From: Candidatus Curtissbacteria bacterium
Lineage (GTDB): Bacteria > Patescibacteriota > Microgenomatia > Curtissbacterales > GWA2-41-24
Assembly: GCA_030647775.1 (NCBI GenBank)
Contig: JAUSJC010000010.1
Coordinates: 136,718 to 200,717, forward strand
Direction: 5' to 3'
DNA length: 64,000 bases
The first letter of the stretch is position 1. Every line of letters begins with the position of its first letter. Under the pieces are notes generated by a model, which saw only the letters and a list, made by a program, of their open reading frames with translations, did not search any database and was not told the origin of the DNA. This document shows positions 1 through 10,700 of the stretch, piece after piece. The position numbers were made by a program, and so were the translations under genes.

Positions 1-3
1 ATA

Positions 4-948
4 TTGGCCCCGGTTGTTTTGCTTAAGTACTACAATTTCCTTCTCACGCCCGTTGCCACTAGCAGTCAGGAAAATCAAATCTTTGTGGTTAAACCCGGCC
101 AGCCCTTAGCGCAAATTGCTCAAAATCTGGCTGAAGATAAGATTATCAGAAACGCTTTTGCATTCAGGCTTCTGGCCACCCAAATGGGGATTGCCAAAAA
201 TATCCAGGCCGGTGACTATCGTTTTTCACCGGGTCAATCCGCCACAGAAATAGCAAGAACCTTAACGCATGGCGCCATTGATATTTGGATTACCTTACCG
301 GAAGGCTTGCGAATTGAAGAACAAGCCCAAAGGATTTCCGATAAAATTAATACTTCCCAAAACGACAAAGCCCAATTTGATAAAGAGAGTTACATTAAAC
401 TCGCCAAAGAAGGTTATATGTTTCCCGACACTTACTTAATTGCCAAAGATGCTGGTGCCGTCGACGTTGCCCAAAAGCTAAGAGACACGTTTGATCAAAA
501 AGTAGATAGCCGGATTTTAGAAAAAGGGGCAAAAAATAACTTAACGGGGTATCAAGTTGTCATTATGGCATCACTCATCGAAAGGGAAGCACGGGGCGAC
601 GAAGAAAAACCGATTATTGCCGGAATCTTATTAAACCGTCTGCAGGCGGGGATTGCGCTCCAAATCGATGCTACAGTCCAATACGCCAAAGGTTACGACG
701 CCGCCAAAAAAACCTGGTGGGCACCCGTTTCGGTCAGCGATTACTCAACCGTCCGTTCTCCTTACAATACTTATCTTGCCCCCGGCCTGCCGCCCGCTCC
801 GATTTCAAATCCGGGTTTGGTCTCGATCCGCGCCGCCGCCGAACCGGCTGATACTCCGTACCTCTACTATATCCACGACCAAAAAGGCAAAATCCATTAT
901 GCTAAAACCATAGAAGAGCACAACGCCAATATCCAAAAGTATCTCTAA
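4..948 (+). CDS. mltG: Endolytic transglycosylase MltG (YceG family); 5' end probably lies upstream of the window
   Basis: ITLPEGLR, EGYMFPDTY, ASLIEREA, LQIDATVQY and SPYNTY-GLPPAPISNPG motifs. Confidence 0.95.
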   Translation: MAPVVLLKYYNFLLTPVATSSQENQIFVVKPGQPLAQIAQNLAEDKIIRNAFAFRLLATQMGIAKNIQAGDYRFSPGQSATEIARTLTHGAIDIWITLPEGLRIEEQAQRISDKINTSQNDKAQFDKESYIKLAKEGYMFPDTYLIAKDAGAVDVAQKLRDTFDQKVDSRILEKGAKNNLTGYQVVIMASLIEREARGDEEKPIIAGILLNRLQAGIALQIDATVQYAKGYDAAKKTWWAPVSVSDYSTVRSPYNTYLAPGLPPAPISNPGLVSIRAAAEPADTPYLYYIHDQKGKIHYAKTIEEHNANIQKYL

Positions 949-951
949 ATA
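924..951 (+). repeat. Direct repeat copy 1 (3' end of mltG); copy 2 at 1667-1694
   Basis: cgccaatatccaaaagtatct(c/g)taaata, 27/28 identical. Confidence 0.9.
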
Positions 952-986
952 CCCATCTTGATTTTGTTATACAAATGTAATACAAT

Positions 987-1265
987 ATGACAAAGATAGT
1001 AATTAAAAAATTGGTTTGGGATAAACATAATCTCGAGCATATCGCCAAACATAATGTTACAGTTGATGAAGCCCAAGAGGCAATTCGTAATTTTATCGCT
1101 CACAAGATTGCTAAGAAGGGAAGGTATTTAGCAATCGGCAGATCCGGCTCCAGATTAATATCTTTAGTAGTCGGAAGAATAAGCACAGGCGTATATTATC
1201 CCGTAAGCGTTAGAGATTCTAGCAAAAAGGAGAGAAAGGAAATATATGAAAAAGAAAAAATTTAA
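987..1265 (+). CDS. brnT: BrnT-family (DUF497) toxin
   Basis: WDKHNLEHIAKHNVT..EA, RYLAIGR, SVRDSSKKER; overlaps a downstream antitoxin. Confidence 0.8.
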   Translation: MTKIVIKKLVWDKHNLEHIAKHNVTVDEAQEAIRNFIAHKIAKKGRYLAIGRSGSRLISLVVGRISTGVYYPVSVRDSSKKERKEIYEKEKI

Positions 1266-1521
1266 ATTTCCTGATTTTGACAAAATGAGTTATAAGAAAG
1301 AAGCAGAGTGGTGGGATAAACATGACTTCACTGAATTTTGGGATGAGCTTAAAGATGTTGATCTTGAAGTCGAACTGCATAAGCCCCGCGACGAAACTTT
1401 AGTCCTGCGCCTGCAAAAAAGCCTCAAAGAAAAGTTAGAAGTTGTTGCCAGATCAAAAGGCTTAAATATCTCCGCTCTTGCCCGTATGTGGTTTGCCGAA
1501 AAGCTCAAGGAAGTAAAATAG
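1246..1521 (+). CDS. CopG/BrnA-like antitoxin
   Basis: EAEWWDKHDFTE N-terminus plus C-terminal ribbon-helix-helix (LRL..LKEKLE..ARSKGL..SALARMW). Confidence 0.8.
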   Translation: MKKKKFKFPDFDKMSYKKEAEWWDKHDFTEFWDELKDVDLEVELHKPRDETLVLRLQKSLKEKLEVVARSKGLNISALARMWFAEKLKEVK

Positions 1522-1655
1522 ATTCCCACGGCCCAAAGGCCGTGGTTCTCTCTTCCTCGCTCAAAATTCGCTCCTAGACCCGCAGTTCTGCATTGCAGAA
1601 CGAGGATCGCATGGCACTGTATATCTCCGTCCTGAAGGACGGAGTTTTTTCGCTC
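1522..1655 (-). mobile_element. Non-autonomous IS200/IS605-like miniature element
   Basis: Two terminal hairpins resembling IS200/IS605 ends (cccacggcccaaaggccgtgg; ctccgtcctgaaggacggag-ttttt); no transposase between them. Confidence 0.55.
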
Positions 1656-1666
1656 AGAATAAAAAG

Positions 1667-1694
1667 CGCCAATATCCAAAAGTATCTGTAAATA
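1667..1694 (+). repeat. Direct repeat copy 2 of the mltG 3' end
   Basis: Matches 924-951 with one mismatch. Confidence 0.9.
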
Positions 1695-1727
1695 TACGGC
1701 ACGTTCTTGACTTAGCATTTTTCATAT

Positions 1728-1794
1728 TGTCACCCTGAACTCGTTTCAGGATTTTTCTCTCCTATGGTCATTGCGAGCGTAGCGCGGCAATCTC
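1728..1794. repeat. Two REP-like palindromic units
   Basis: tgtcaccctgaactcgtttcagga and gtcattgcgagcgtagcgcggcaatctc; related copies at 16779, 18408, 19831, 19911 and 22514. Confidence 0.8.
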
Positions 1795-1890
1795 GTCTAG
1801 CCTTGATTTTGAGATACGACTATAATGACAAAGGGTTTAGGCCGGCCCGTTCAGCCAATAATTATACGAAGGTGGATCGGAGTTTTTTAT

Positions 1891-2721
1891 ATGAAAAGTC
1901 CTGAGCATCAGAAAAGGAGTGTAACCGAATATGTTGAACTGGAGGCAAGGGGTGAGAAGGTTAAGCGTGCTGAAAAAGTAGCCTCTGAAAGAAATTTTGA
2001 TTTGACCCATGACGTTTGGGACGTTGAAACCGATAAAGATCGGTATTGGGTCATAACAGAGCCAACAAACCTATACTCGCATTCTGATTTTCCCAGTATG
2101 GACTATGCGCTGTCATTCCATATCGGTCTAATGAGCCGAATGAACGCTGGACAACACACAAATGCAACCGATGAAGATATTTACCGCACCCCAAAAACTT
2201 GGAGGCAATGGGAACAAGCTCACGATGCACTAGAACTCGCTGAGGAAGCAGAGGACTTTCAAGGTGTTGGTGCTAGGTGTCGAGAAGTACTGATAACTCT
2301 TGTTGATGAACTGGAAACTAGCAAACTTACAAAAAGACAAAACCCAGATATTAAAAGAGCAGACGTTAAAGCTCAGCTTGCAGCCACATACGACTTACTC
2401 GCGTCCGGAAAAGAAGCGAGGAAAATAAGGGCTCATCTTAAAACTAATTCCGATTCCACCTGGGAGCTCGTTTCCTGGTTAACACACCATAAGAATGCGG
2501 TGCGCGAGGATGCAAAATATGTCATGAATGCAACTGAACAACTTATGCTAAATACTTTGAGTATTGTCGTCCGTAGTGAGAAGTCCAAGCCAAAAAGGTG
2601 CCCGAAATGTAAGTCATATCGTGTAATTTCAGATTTTCGTTCAGAGTTGATGTATAAAGTCGAACATCCCTATGTTGAACTTTGTGAAGCTTGTGGATGG
2701 GGAGGCAATAAACCAAAATAA
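1891..2721 (+). CDS. Hypothetical protein with C-terminal zinc ribbon; possibly a defence-type helical domain
   Basis: Long ORF; CPKC...CEAC at the C-terminus; ATG 1891 preferred over 1825. Confidence 0.75.
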   Translation: MKSPEHQKRSVTEYVELEARGEKVKRAEKVASERNFDLTHDVWDVETDKDRYWVITEPTNLYSHSDFPSMDYALSFHIGLMSRMNAGQHTNATDEDIYRTPKTWRQWEQAHDALELAEEAEDFQGVGARCREVLITLVDELETSKLTKRQNPDIKRADVKAQLAATYDLLASGKEARKIRAHLKTNSDSTWELVSWLTHHKNAVREDAKYVMNATEQLMLNTLSIVVRSEKSKPKRCPKCKSYRVISDFRSELMYKVEHPYVELCEACGWGGNKPK

Positions 2722-2774
2722 TTTTAGACCGAGCCGTTCAGCTTAATTTAGCCTCGATTTGCTATACTTTCCGC

Positions 2775-3473
2775 ATGACATTGAAAATTATCTCTTGGAA
2801 TATTTGGGAAGGAAAATATTTTACAGGCATAATTGATTTTTTAAAGAAGTCAGATGCGGATATAATTGGTTTTCAGGAGGCCGTACAAGAAAAGGACGGA
2901 AAGGCAAATACGGCACAACTTATCGCAAATGAGCTGGGGTACGAATTTGTTTACGCAACAACTTGTGAAATAGAAAAAGACGGAAGAATTTTAGATAGAG
3001 GAAATGCAATTCTTAGCAAGCACAGGATCATCGAAAATAAAACGTATGTCTTATCTGAAATCGACAAACGCACAGCCATAGGAGCGGATATAGAGGTTAA
3101 AGGTACAAAGCTGCATGTTTTCAACACACATTTAATCCACACCCACCAAAAACCATCTGGTACACAAAACTTGCAAGCTAAAAATTTAATTGAAGTTTTG
3201 CCAAAGAGGGCAACCATCCTTATGGGGGATTTTAATGCTGTTCCTGGAAGTGTTGCCGTTAAGAAGATATCTAAGGTTCTTAAAAATACTGATACTTCTA
3301 ATCTTCCAACGTGGTGCGTATATCCCGAAGGCTGTAAAGTATGTAAACCAAAAGGTGTTGAATACAAACTGGATTATATTTTCGTCAGTCAAGACATTAA
3401 GTGTAAATTATTTGAGGTAGGAAGTTCGAAAGGATCAGACCATTTACCCATTTCAGCAATAATCCAGATATAG
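2775..3473 (+). CDS. Endonuclease/exonuclease/phosphatase family protein
   Basis: SWNI, DIIGFQE, GNAILSK, NTHL, MGDFN, LDYIF, GSDHLPI. Confidence 0.93.
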   Translation: MTLKIISWNIWEGKYFTGIIDFLKKSDADIIGFQEAVQEKDGKANTAQLIANELGYEFVYATTCEIEKDGRILDRGNAILSKHRIIENKTYVLSEIDKRTAIGADIEVKGTKLHVFNTHLIHTHQKPSGTQNLQAKNLIEVLPKRATILMGDFNAVPGSVAVKKISKVLKNTDTSNLPTWCVYPEGCKVCKPKGVEYKLDYIFVSQDIKCKLFEVGSSKGSDHLPISAIIQI

Positions 3474-3562
3474 ATATAGCGATTTCCATATACGTTCCAA
3501 CATAGCCAGCCAGCGCCCAATCCTTCCGCCCCACGCCATAATTTCTGTGTGTGGCCGCCTTC

Positions 3563-3591
3563 TTGACATAAAAGCCAGAATTCTGTACAAT
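3563..3591 (+). promoter_or_regulatory. Sigma70 promoter of the Phd/RelE pair
   Basis: TTGACA-N17-TACAAT. Confidence 0.7.
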
Positions 3592-3600
3592 CTGAATATT

Positions 3601-3873
3601 ATGAATACTGTTCTTCCTTTAACCGAAGCGAGAAATAAATTTGCCGAACTCATTGATGATGCAAGCAAAATGTTTTCCCGCTTTACCATCACCAGAAACG
3701 GTAAACCGGAGGCAGTTCTCATGAGTAAGGACGAATATGATGCCCTGATCGATACTTTAGAAATTCTTTCCAACCCTGTCACTATGGCCTCTATCCGCCG
3801 CGGGGAAAAAGATATCAAAGCAGGCAGGGTCAAACCGCTTGAAGATGTCCTAAAAGATCTCAAGCTCTCCTAA
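3601..3873 (+). CDS. Phd/YefM-family antitoxin
   Basis: LTEARNKFAELID, ITRNGKPEAVLMS..EY; ATG at 3601. Confidence 0.92.
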   Translation: MNTVLPLTEARNKFAELIDDASKMFSRFTITRNGKPEAVLMSKDEYDALIDTLEILSNPVTMASIRRGEKDIKAGRVKPLEDVLKDLKLS

Positions 3874-4124
3874 TGTATCAGGTTTTCCTCACCAATGAGG
3901 CCGAGAAACAATTAAAATCACTAGACAGTAGGTATCAAAAAGCACTTGCTCAAGCGCTCAAAAGACTTGCCGAAAATACCAAGGCCGGCGCACCACTGCG
4001 TCGGGAGCTTAAGGGTAAATACAAATTAAGGGTTTCAAGATACAGAATAATCTATGAATTTGATTATGGAAAAAAGATTATTTGGGTTTTGACAATCGAC
4101 CACAGAAAAGATGTTTATAGATAA
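3873..4124 (+). CDS. RelE/ParE-family toxin
   Basis: AEKQLKSL, LKGKYKLRVSRYRIIYE, IDHRKDVYR; coupled to the antitoxin. Confidence 0.92.
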   Translation: MYQVFLTNEAEKQLKSLDSRYQKALAQALKRLAENTKAGAPLRRELKGKYKLRVSRYRIIYEFDYGKKIIWVLTIDHRKDVYR

Positions 4125-4153
4125 TTTCTGTACGCCTGAAACTTTTACATCCC

Positions 4154-4182
4154 TTGACAAGATAAGCCTGCGGTGATATATT
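4154..4182 (+). promoter_or_regulatory. rpoBC operon promoter
   Basis: TTGACA-N17-TATATT with extended TG. Confidence 0.7.
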
Positions 4183-4323
4183 TTCCCTAGAACGAATCCT
4201 TTCAAGGGGGTATTTATCGTACCTTCTTGAGTTTTTGTTGTTTGAAAAACTCCGCCAGATGGCGGATTTCCTGTGGGTCATCCTTCAACTCGATTTAAAA
4301 GGTTTACCCGCCAAAGATCCCAG

Positions 4324-4393
4324 CCCGCATTGCTACGCAAAGCGTTGCAGGCGGGGCTCTTCGAGCCGCAGTTCATATGAACGAGGCGAGAAG
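4324..4393. repeat. REP-like palindromes in the rpoB leader
   Basis: cccgcattgctacgcaaagcgttgcaggcggg and ttcgagccgcagttcatatgaacgaggcgagaa. Confidence 0.7.
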
Positions 4394-4440
4394 TAAGATC
4401 GGGCGGGCCTGTCAAAGTCAAATAACCATTTATAATACCT

Positions 4441-7400
4441 GTGGCAAAACGCATAACTTGGGGTCAACCTACCAATCATAATTTACCCCCGCTGGACTTA
4501 GTCGAGGTTCAAAGGGAATCTTTTGCCCAATTTCTGGAAAACGGTATCGGTGAAGTTCTGGAAGAAGTTTCCCCAATCGACGATTTTACCGGTAAAAACT
4601 TTACTCTAACTTTAGGCAAACATAGCTTTAGTAAATCCAAACACACTCCTGAAGAAGCAAGCGAAAAAGGCCTTACCTACGATCTCCCCCTTAAAGTAGA
4701 AGCAACAGTTTTAAACAAACAAACCGGCGCCAAAAATTCCCAGGAAGTTTTCTTATGTGACCTGCCGATGATGATGGAAAAAGGTTCATTCATCGTCAAT
4801 GGCATTGAGCGTGCCGTTGTTAACCAGATGGTTAGAGCCCCGGGCGCCTATTATTCTGCCGAAATCGATCCTTCAACCGGTAAAATTCTCTACAGCTGCG
4901 AAATCAGACCCCTTCGAGGTTCATGGCTGGAGTTTGCTATCACCAAAAACGATATTATTACTGTCAAAATTGACAGGCGCCGTAAATTCCCGGCGACAAC
5001 TTTCCTTCGTGCAATCGGTTTTTCCACCGATGAAGAAATTTGGAAGCTCTTTGATTTTGTTAAAGAAGACCAAATCAAAGATTTTCTCAAAAACACTTTT
5101 GCCAAGGATTCAACCGAAAACACCGATGAGGCGCTTCTGGAAATCTACCGCAAAATGCGTCCGGGCGACCACGTCATTTTGGATAACGCCAAAGCGCTTA
5201 TGGATACGATGTTTTTCAACACGCGCCGCTATTCTCTTGGTAAAGTCGGCAGGTACAAAATCCAAAAACGTTTGGGAAAAATCAAAGAAACGCTTTCGGC
5301 AAAAGACGATCCCGAAAGCCAAATCTTAACCCAGGCAGATTTCATCGGTGCCATTGCCTATATTTTCGAACTCGTGATGGGTAGAGGCAGAGTTGATGAT
5401 ATCGACCATCTTGGCAATCGCCGAATTCGCCGCGTCGGTGAACTTGTCGCCCAGAATGCTTTCAGGATCGGAATTTTAAGGCTCGAGCGGGTTATAAAAG
5501 AAAGAATGAGCTTGACCCCCTTGGATGTTGTTCCTTCCCCTGCATCTCTTATTAATGCCCGCCCGATAATTTCAGCCGTTAACGAATTCTTCCGTTCCAG
5601 CCAGCTTTCCACCATTCTTGACCAAACCAACCCGCTGGCAGAACTTGATAATCTTCGCCGCCTGACCGTTATGGGAACCGGTGGTATTGCCCGGGAACGT
5701 GCCGCCTTCTCAATTCGCGACATTAACCATTCCCAGTATTCCAGGATTTGCCCGATTCGTTCTCCCGAGGGTCCCAATATCGGCCTTGTAACCTATATGT
5801 CTCTTTATTGTCGTATCAACGAGTACGGTTTTTTGGAAGCTCCTTACAAAAAAGTTGTTAAAGACAAAACGGGCAAACCCAATGTTTCCGACGAAATTGT
5901 TTATCTGGCTGCCGACGACGAAGAAGATTATTACATCACCCATGCACAGGTTGCCGTAGATAAAAAGGGTTATTTTGAAGATGACAGGGTTGCGGTCCGC
6001 TATAAAGGGGAATTTACAACTGCCGATATCGGTGTTGTTGACTTCATTGATGTTGTTCCAAGACAAGTTGTTGGAACTTCGGCTTCTCTAATTCCGTTCT
6101 TGGCTCACGATGAAGCTAATCGTGCCCTAATGGGAACCCACATGCAGTGTCAGGCAGTTCCCTTGATTAAGCCCGAGTCACCCGTAGTTGGGACTGGTAT
6201 GGAAGCAGTTGTTGGTGAAAATATGGGCCGTGTAATAAAAGCCGTGGAGGATGGCCTTGTAATCTACGCCGATAGCAAAAAAGTTACCCTCAAAACCAAA
6301 ACCCGTGGAACGCTCACTTATCCGATCCAGAAATTCACAAGGTCTCCTCAAAGTACCTGCTATTCCCAAAGGCCTCGGGTTTTTACCGGCCAAAAGGTTC
6401 GAAGGGGCGAAGTTCTTATTGACGGATCCGCAACCGATGACGGCGAACTGGCACTTGGCCAAAATTTAACAATCGCCTACATGAGCTTTGATGGCCTTGG
6501 TTATGAGGACGCTATCATCATTTCCGACAGGCTGTTTAAGGAAGATGTCTTAACCTCGATCCATATTGAAGAATATGAGACTCCTGTAGTCGAGACAAAG
6601 CTTGGTCCGGAAGAGACGACCCGCGATATTCCCAATGTTTCCGAAGAAGATCTTGCCAATCTCGACGAGCAGGGTGTTGTGGTCATCGGTGCCGATGTTG
6701 GTCCCAATGATATTCTGGTTGGCAAAATCGCCCCCAAAGGCGAAACGGAGTTAACGGCCGAAGAAAGACTTTTAAGAACCATCTTTGGCGAGAAAGCTAG
6801 GGAAGTGCGTGATACTTCTCTTCGCATGCCCCACGGTGAAAAGGGAACAGTTATCGATGTTAAAATCCTTTCCCGCGAGGAGGGTGACGAATTGGAGCAT
6901 GGCGCTCTTTCTAAAATCTTCGTTAAAGTTGCTCAAATGAGAAAAGTTGTTGTCGGCGACAAACTGGCCGGCCGCCACGGTAATAAAGGTGTCATCTCCA
7001 AGATTATTCCAACTTACGATATGCCTCACCTTGAAGATGGTACCCCGATTGACGTCATCATCAGCCCGCTTTCTGTACTTTCCCGTATGAACTTGGGTCA
7101 GCTTCTGGAAACTCATCTTGGTATTGCGGTATCAAAACTCAATTACAAAGTTGCCCTCCCCGTTTTTGAGCATATTTCCGAGGATCAAATTGTTGGCGAG
7201 CTTAAAAAAGCGGGTCTTCCACTCGACGGCCGTACCACTCTTTACGATGGCCGTTCAGGTCTGGCCTTCGACAGGCCGATTGTTGTCGGCACAGCTTATA
7301 TTCTTAAACTCATCCATATGGTTGAGGATAAAACCCACGCCCGCTCAACCGGTCCATACTCCTTAATTACCCAACAGCCTTTGGGTGGTAAAGCTCAAAT

Positions 7401-7785
7401 GGGCGGCCAGCGTCTTGGTGAAATGGAAGTCTGGGCACTGGAAGCCTACGGTGCCGCTTTCACCTTGCAGGAAATGTTAACCATCAAGTCTGACGATGTT
7501 GTTGGCCGCGCCAAGGCATTTGAGGCTATCATCAAAGGTGAAGAAATTCCTCAGGCCCTAATCCCTGAATCGTTTAAGGTCTTGGTCAAGGAACTGAACT
7601 CTCTTGGCTTAAATGTCCAAACCATTGGTGCCAAAGTCGCCGTCGAAGAAGTTTCAAGCGAAAAAGATGTCAAAAAAGCGCAAGAACTGGCAGAAATTTC
7701 TGGTGCCGAAATTGTTGTAACCGAGGCCGAAATTATAAAAGCTGATAGCCCTATGGAACTTGAGGAAGGAGCAAAACCAGCGTGA
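4441..7785 (+). CDS. rpoB: RNA polymerase beta subunit
   Basis: DDIDHLGNRR, SPEGPNIGL, GDKLAGRHGNKG, GGQRLGEME. Confidence 0.99.
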   Translation: MAKRITWGQPTNHNLPPLDLVEVQRESFAQFLENGIGEVLEEVSPIDDFTGKNFTLTLGKHSFSKSKHTPEEASEKGLTYDLPLKVEATVLNKQTGAKNSQEVFLCDLPMMMEKGSFIVNGIERAVVNQMVRAPGAYYSAEIDPSTGKILYSCEIRPLRGSWLEFAITKNDIITVKIDRRRKFPATTFLRAIGFSTDEEIWKLFDFVKEDQIKDFLKNTFAKDSTENTDEALLEIYRKMRPGDHVILDNAKALMDTMFFNTRRYSLGKVGRYKIQKRLGKIKETLSAKDDPESQILTQADFIGAIAYIFELVMGRGRVDDIDHLGNRRIRRVGELVAQNAFRIGILRLERVIKERMSLTPLDVVPSPASLINARPIISAVNEFFRSSQLSTILDQTNPLAELDNLRRLTVMGTGGIARERAAFSIRDINHSQYSRICPIRSPEGPNIGLVTYMSLYCRINEYGFLEAPYKKVVKDKTGKPNVSDEIVYLAADDEEDYYITHAQVAVDKKGYFEDDRVAVRYKGEFTTADIGVVDFIDVVPRQVVGTSASLIPFLAHDEANRALMGTHMQCQAVPLIKPESPVVGTGMEAVVGENMGRVIKAVEDGLVIYADSKKVTLKTKTRGTLTYPIQKFTRSPQSTCYSQRPRVFTGQKVRRGEVLIDGSATDDGELALGQNLTIAYMSFDGLGYEDAIIISDRLFKEDVLTSIHIEEYETPVVETKLGPEETTRDIPNVSEEDLANLDEQGVVVIGADVGPNDILVGKIAPKGETELTAEERLLRTIFGEKAREVRDTSLRMPHGEKGTVIDVKILSREEGDELEHGALSKIFVKVAQMRKVVVGDKLAGRHGNKGVISKIIPTYDMPHLEDGTPIDVIISPLSVLSRMNLGQLLETHLGIAVSKLNYKVALPVFEHISEDQIVGELKKAGLPLDGRTTLYDGRSGLAFDRPIVVGTAYILKLIHMVEDKTHARSTGPYSLITQQPLGGKAQMGGQRLGEMEVWALEAYGAAFTLQEMLTIKSDDVVGRAKAFEAIIKGEEIPQALIPESFKVLVKELNSLGLNVQTIGAKVAVEEVSSEKDVKKAQELAEISGAEIVVTEAEIIKADSPMELEEGAKPA

Positions 7786-10700
7786 ACGAATTGATTGACT
7801 TTGAGGCATTAAAATTAACTCTTGCCAGTCTCGATGACATCAAAACCTGGTCGTTCGGGGAAGTTACTAAACCGGAGACTATCAATTACCGAACTCTAAA
7901 GCCGGAAAAAGACGGTCTTTTTGACGAACGCATTTTTGGCCCGACCAAAGACTGGGAATGTTACTGCGGCAAGTATAAAAGGATCCGCTACCGCGGTATT
8001 ATTTGTGATAAATGTGGCGTTGAGGTAACCCAATCTCGGGTCCGCCGGGAAAGAATGGGTCATATCACCTTGGCCGCTCCGGTTGTTCACAACTGGTTTT
8101 TCAAAGGCAGTCCTTCAAAACTTGGTCTCCTGCTGGACATTTCTCCAAGAAGCCTGGATGCCGTTGTCTACTTTGCTTCTTACATGGTTATCACAGTCGA
8201 CCAAGATAAGAAAAAAGAAGTGATTAAGGCGCTCGAAGGGGAGCTTGATAGAAAAAGGAAAGAGCTTCAGGCAGACCTCAAAAAACAAATTGACCAAGAG
8301 GCTAAAGACACTAAAAAAGAAATCGACCGCATTAAATCAAAAGACGCCAAAGCCCGCGAGCAAGTCGATTTGAAAATCGAGGAGATGTCGCTCGCCTCCC
8401 GCCAGAGGCAGGCAAAACTCCGGGACGAAAATGTCCAGGAAGTTTCCCGGCTTGAGGAAATTTACAAAAATATTACCTCAATGGTCAATGCCATTAAGCC
8501 GCTTGATCTTCTTTCAGAAGACGAATACATGAAATTGGAAGATTATGATGCTTCCGGTTTTGCAAAAGTCGGCATGGGTGCTGAAGCCGTCCTTCAAGTT
8601 TTGGAAACGCTTGATCTTTCTAAACTGTCGGCTTCTTTGAGGGAAGAAATTTCCAGGATTACAGGCCAAAAACATATTAAAGCAACCAAAAAATTAAGGG
8701 TTGTTGAAGGTATGAGAAAAGCCGGGGTTATGCCCTCTGCCATGATCATAAAAATTCTTCCGGTTCTCCCGCCGGATCTTCGCCCTATGGTCCAGCTTTC
8801 CGGCGGCCGTTTTGCCACCTCCGACTTAAATGACCTTTACAGGCGCGTTATCAACAGGAACAATCGTCTTAAGAAGCTAATCGAACTTGGCGCCCCGGAA
8901 ATCATTCTCAGAAATGAAAAAAGGATGCTGCAGGAAGCCGTCGATGCTCTTATCGATTCCCAAAGGGTCAAATTAACCCGCGCGTCCAAGGAACTGCGTT
9001 CACTTTCCGATATGCTCCGCGGCAAACAAGGCCGCTTCCGCCAAAATCTTTTGGGCAAGCGCGTCGACTATTCCGGACGTTCTGTTATCGTTGTCGGTCC
9101 GGAACTTTCCCTAAATCAGGTTGGTATTCCTAAAGAAATGGCCTTGGAAATGTTCAAGCCGTTTGTTTTGCGTGAAGTCATAGGCCAGGGTCTTGCCCCC
9201 AACGTTAAAAGTGCCAAACATTTTATGGAAAGGCGAAGCGGAGAGGTTTGGGACATTCTGGAAGGCATCACCAAGAACCACCCGGTTCTTTTGAACCGTG
9301 CCCCTACATTGCACCGTCTTGGCATCCAAGCTTTCTTCCCGATTCTAATCGAAGGCAGCGCCATCAGGGTTCATCCTTGTGTCTGTGCCGGTTTCAATGC
9401 CGATTTTGATGGTGACCAGATGGCTGTACACGTTCCGCTTTCTAAAGCATCCCAAGAAGAAGCAATTGCGCTTATGATGTCGGCCAAAAACCTGCTTCGT
9501 CCGGCAGACGGGTCGCCAATCACACTGCCTAATAAAGAGATGGCTCTTGGAATTTATTATCTAACATCTATTGATCCCGCGGTGAGTGCAAACGAAAATA
9601 TTTTTGACGACGAGAGGCAAGTGGTTCTGGCCAAAGAACTCGGCAAAATTGCGGTTCGCCAAAAGATTAAGCTTAGACTCGGCAAAGATGTCCTTGAAAC
9701 TTCGGCCGGCCGGGTTCTATTCAATATGCAGCTACCGTTCCAAATGCGTTTTATAAACGAAACTGTTTCAGCCGCATACATTAAAAGAATCATCAACAGT
9801 GCCATTGACGGAATAGCCGAAGAAGAAGTAATCGAACTCATTGACAGGCTTAAAAACCTGGGTTTTGAAGGTGCCACGTTCTCCGGTCTTTCTGTCTCTG
9901 TTTTTGATTGTCTGATAGTTTCCGAGAAGCCGATTATCATTGCCCGGGCCGAAAAAGAAGTTGAGGGAATAGAGAAAAACTTCAAACTTGGTTTAATAAC
10001 CAAAGATGAGGAAAAACGTCTATCCCAGGAAGTCTGGCTGTCAGTCACCAACGAGATTGCCGATTTGACCTGGAGAAGTTTGCCATTCGACAACTCGATT
10101 AAAATTATTTCCGATTCCGGCGGTTCCCGCGCTACAGCCGAACAGGTCAAACAGCTTTCGGCAATCCGCGGTTTGGTAACCGATCCATCCGGACAAATTG
10201 TACCATTGCCGATTAAATCAAACTTCCGCGAGGGCCTTTCCGTTTTTGAATATTTCACCAGCGCCCGTGGTGCCAGAAAAGGCCTTGCCGATCGTGCCAT
10301 TAAAACTGCCGAATCTGGTTACTTAACCAGAAGGCTCGTCGACGTTGCTCACGATGCAATCGTTCGCATGGAAGATTGCGGGACCAAAGCCGGAATTACT
10401 ATTTCCAAAACCGACAAGCGCCAGGCGGCATTTGGCTTGCGTCTTGTCGGTCGGGTGGCCGCCGCCGATATTCTGTCTCCCAAAAACAAAAAAGCAATTG
10501 TTGCCGCGGGCAGCCAGATTTTGGAGTCCTCTCTTCCCGAAATTGATGCAGCCGGCATTACATCTGTGCAGGTTAGGTCTGTTCTGACATGTGAGGCAAA
10601 ATACGGCCTTTGCGCGCAGTGCTACGGCCGTGATTTAGTCACCCGCGAAATGGTAGCTCTCGGTACCCCCGTTGGCGTCATCGCCGCCCAGAGTATTGGT

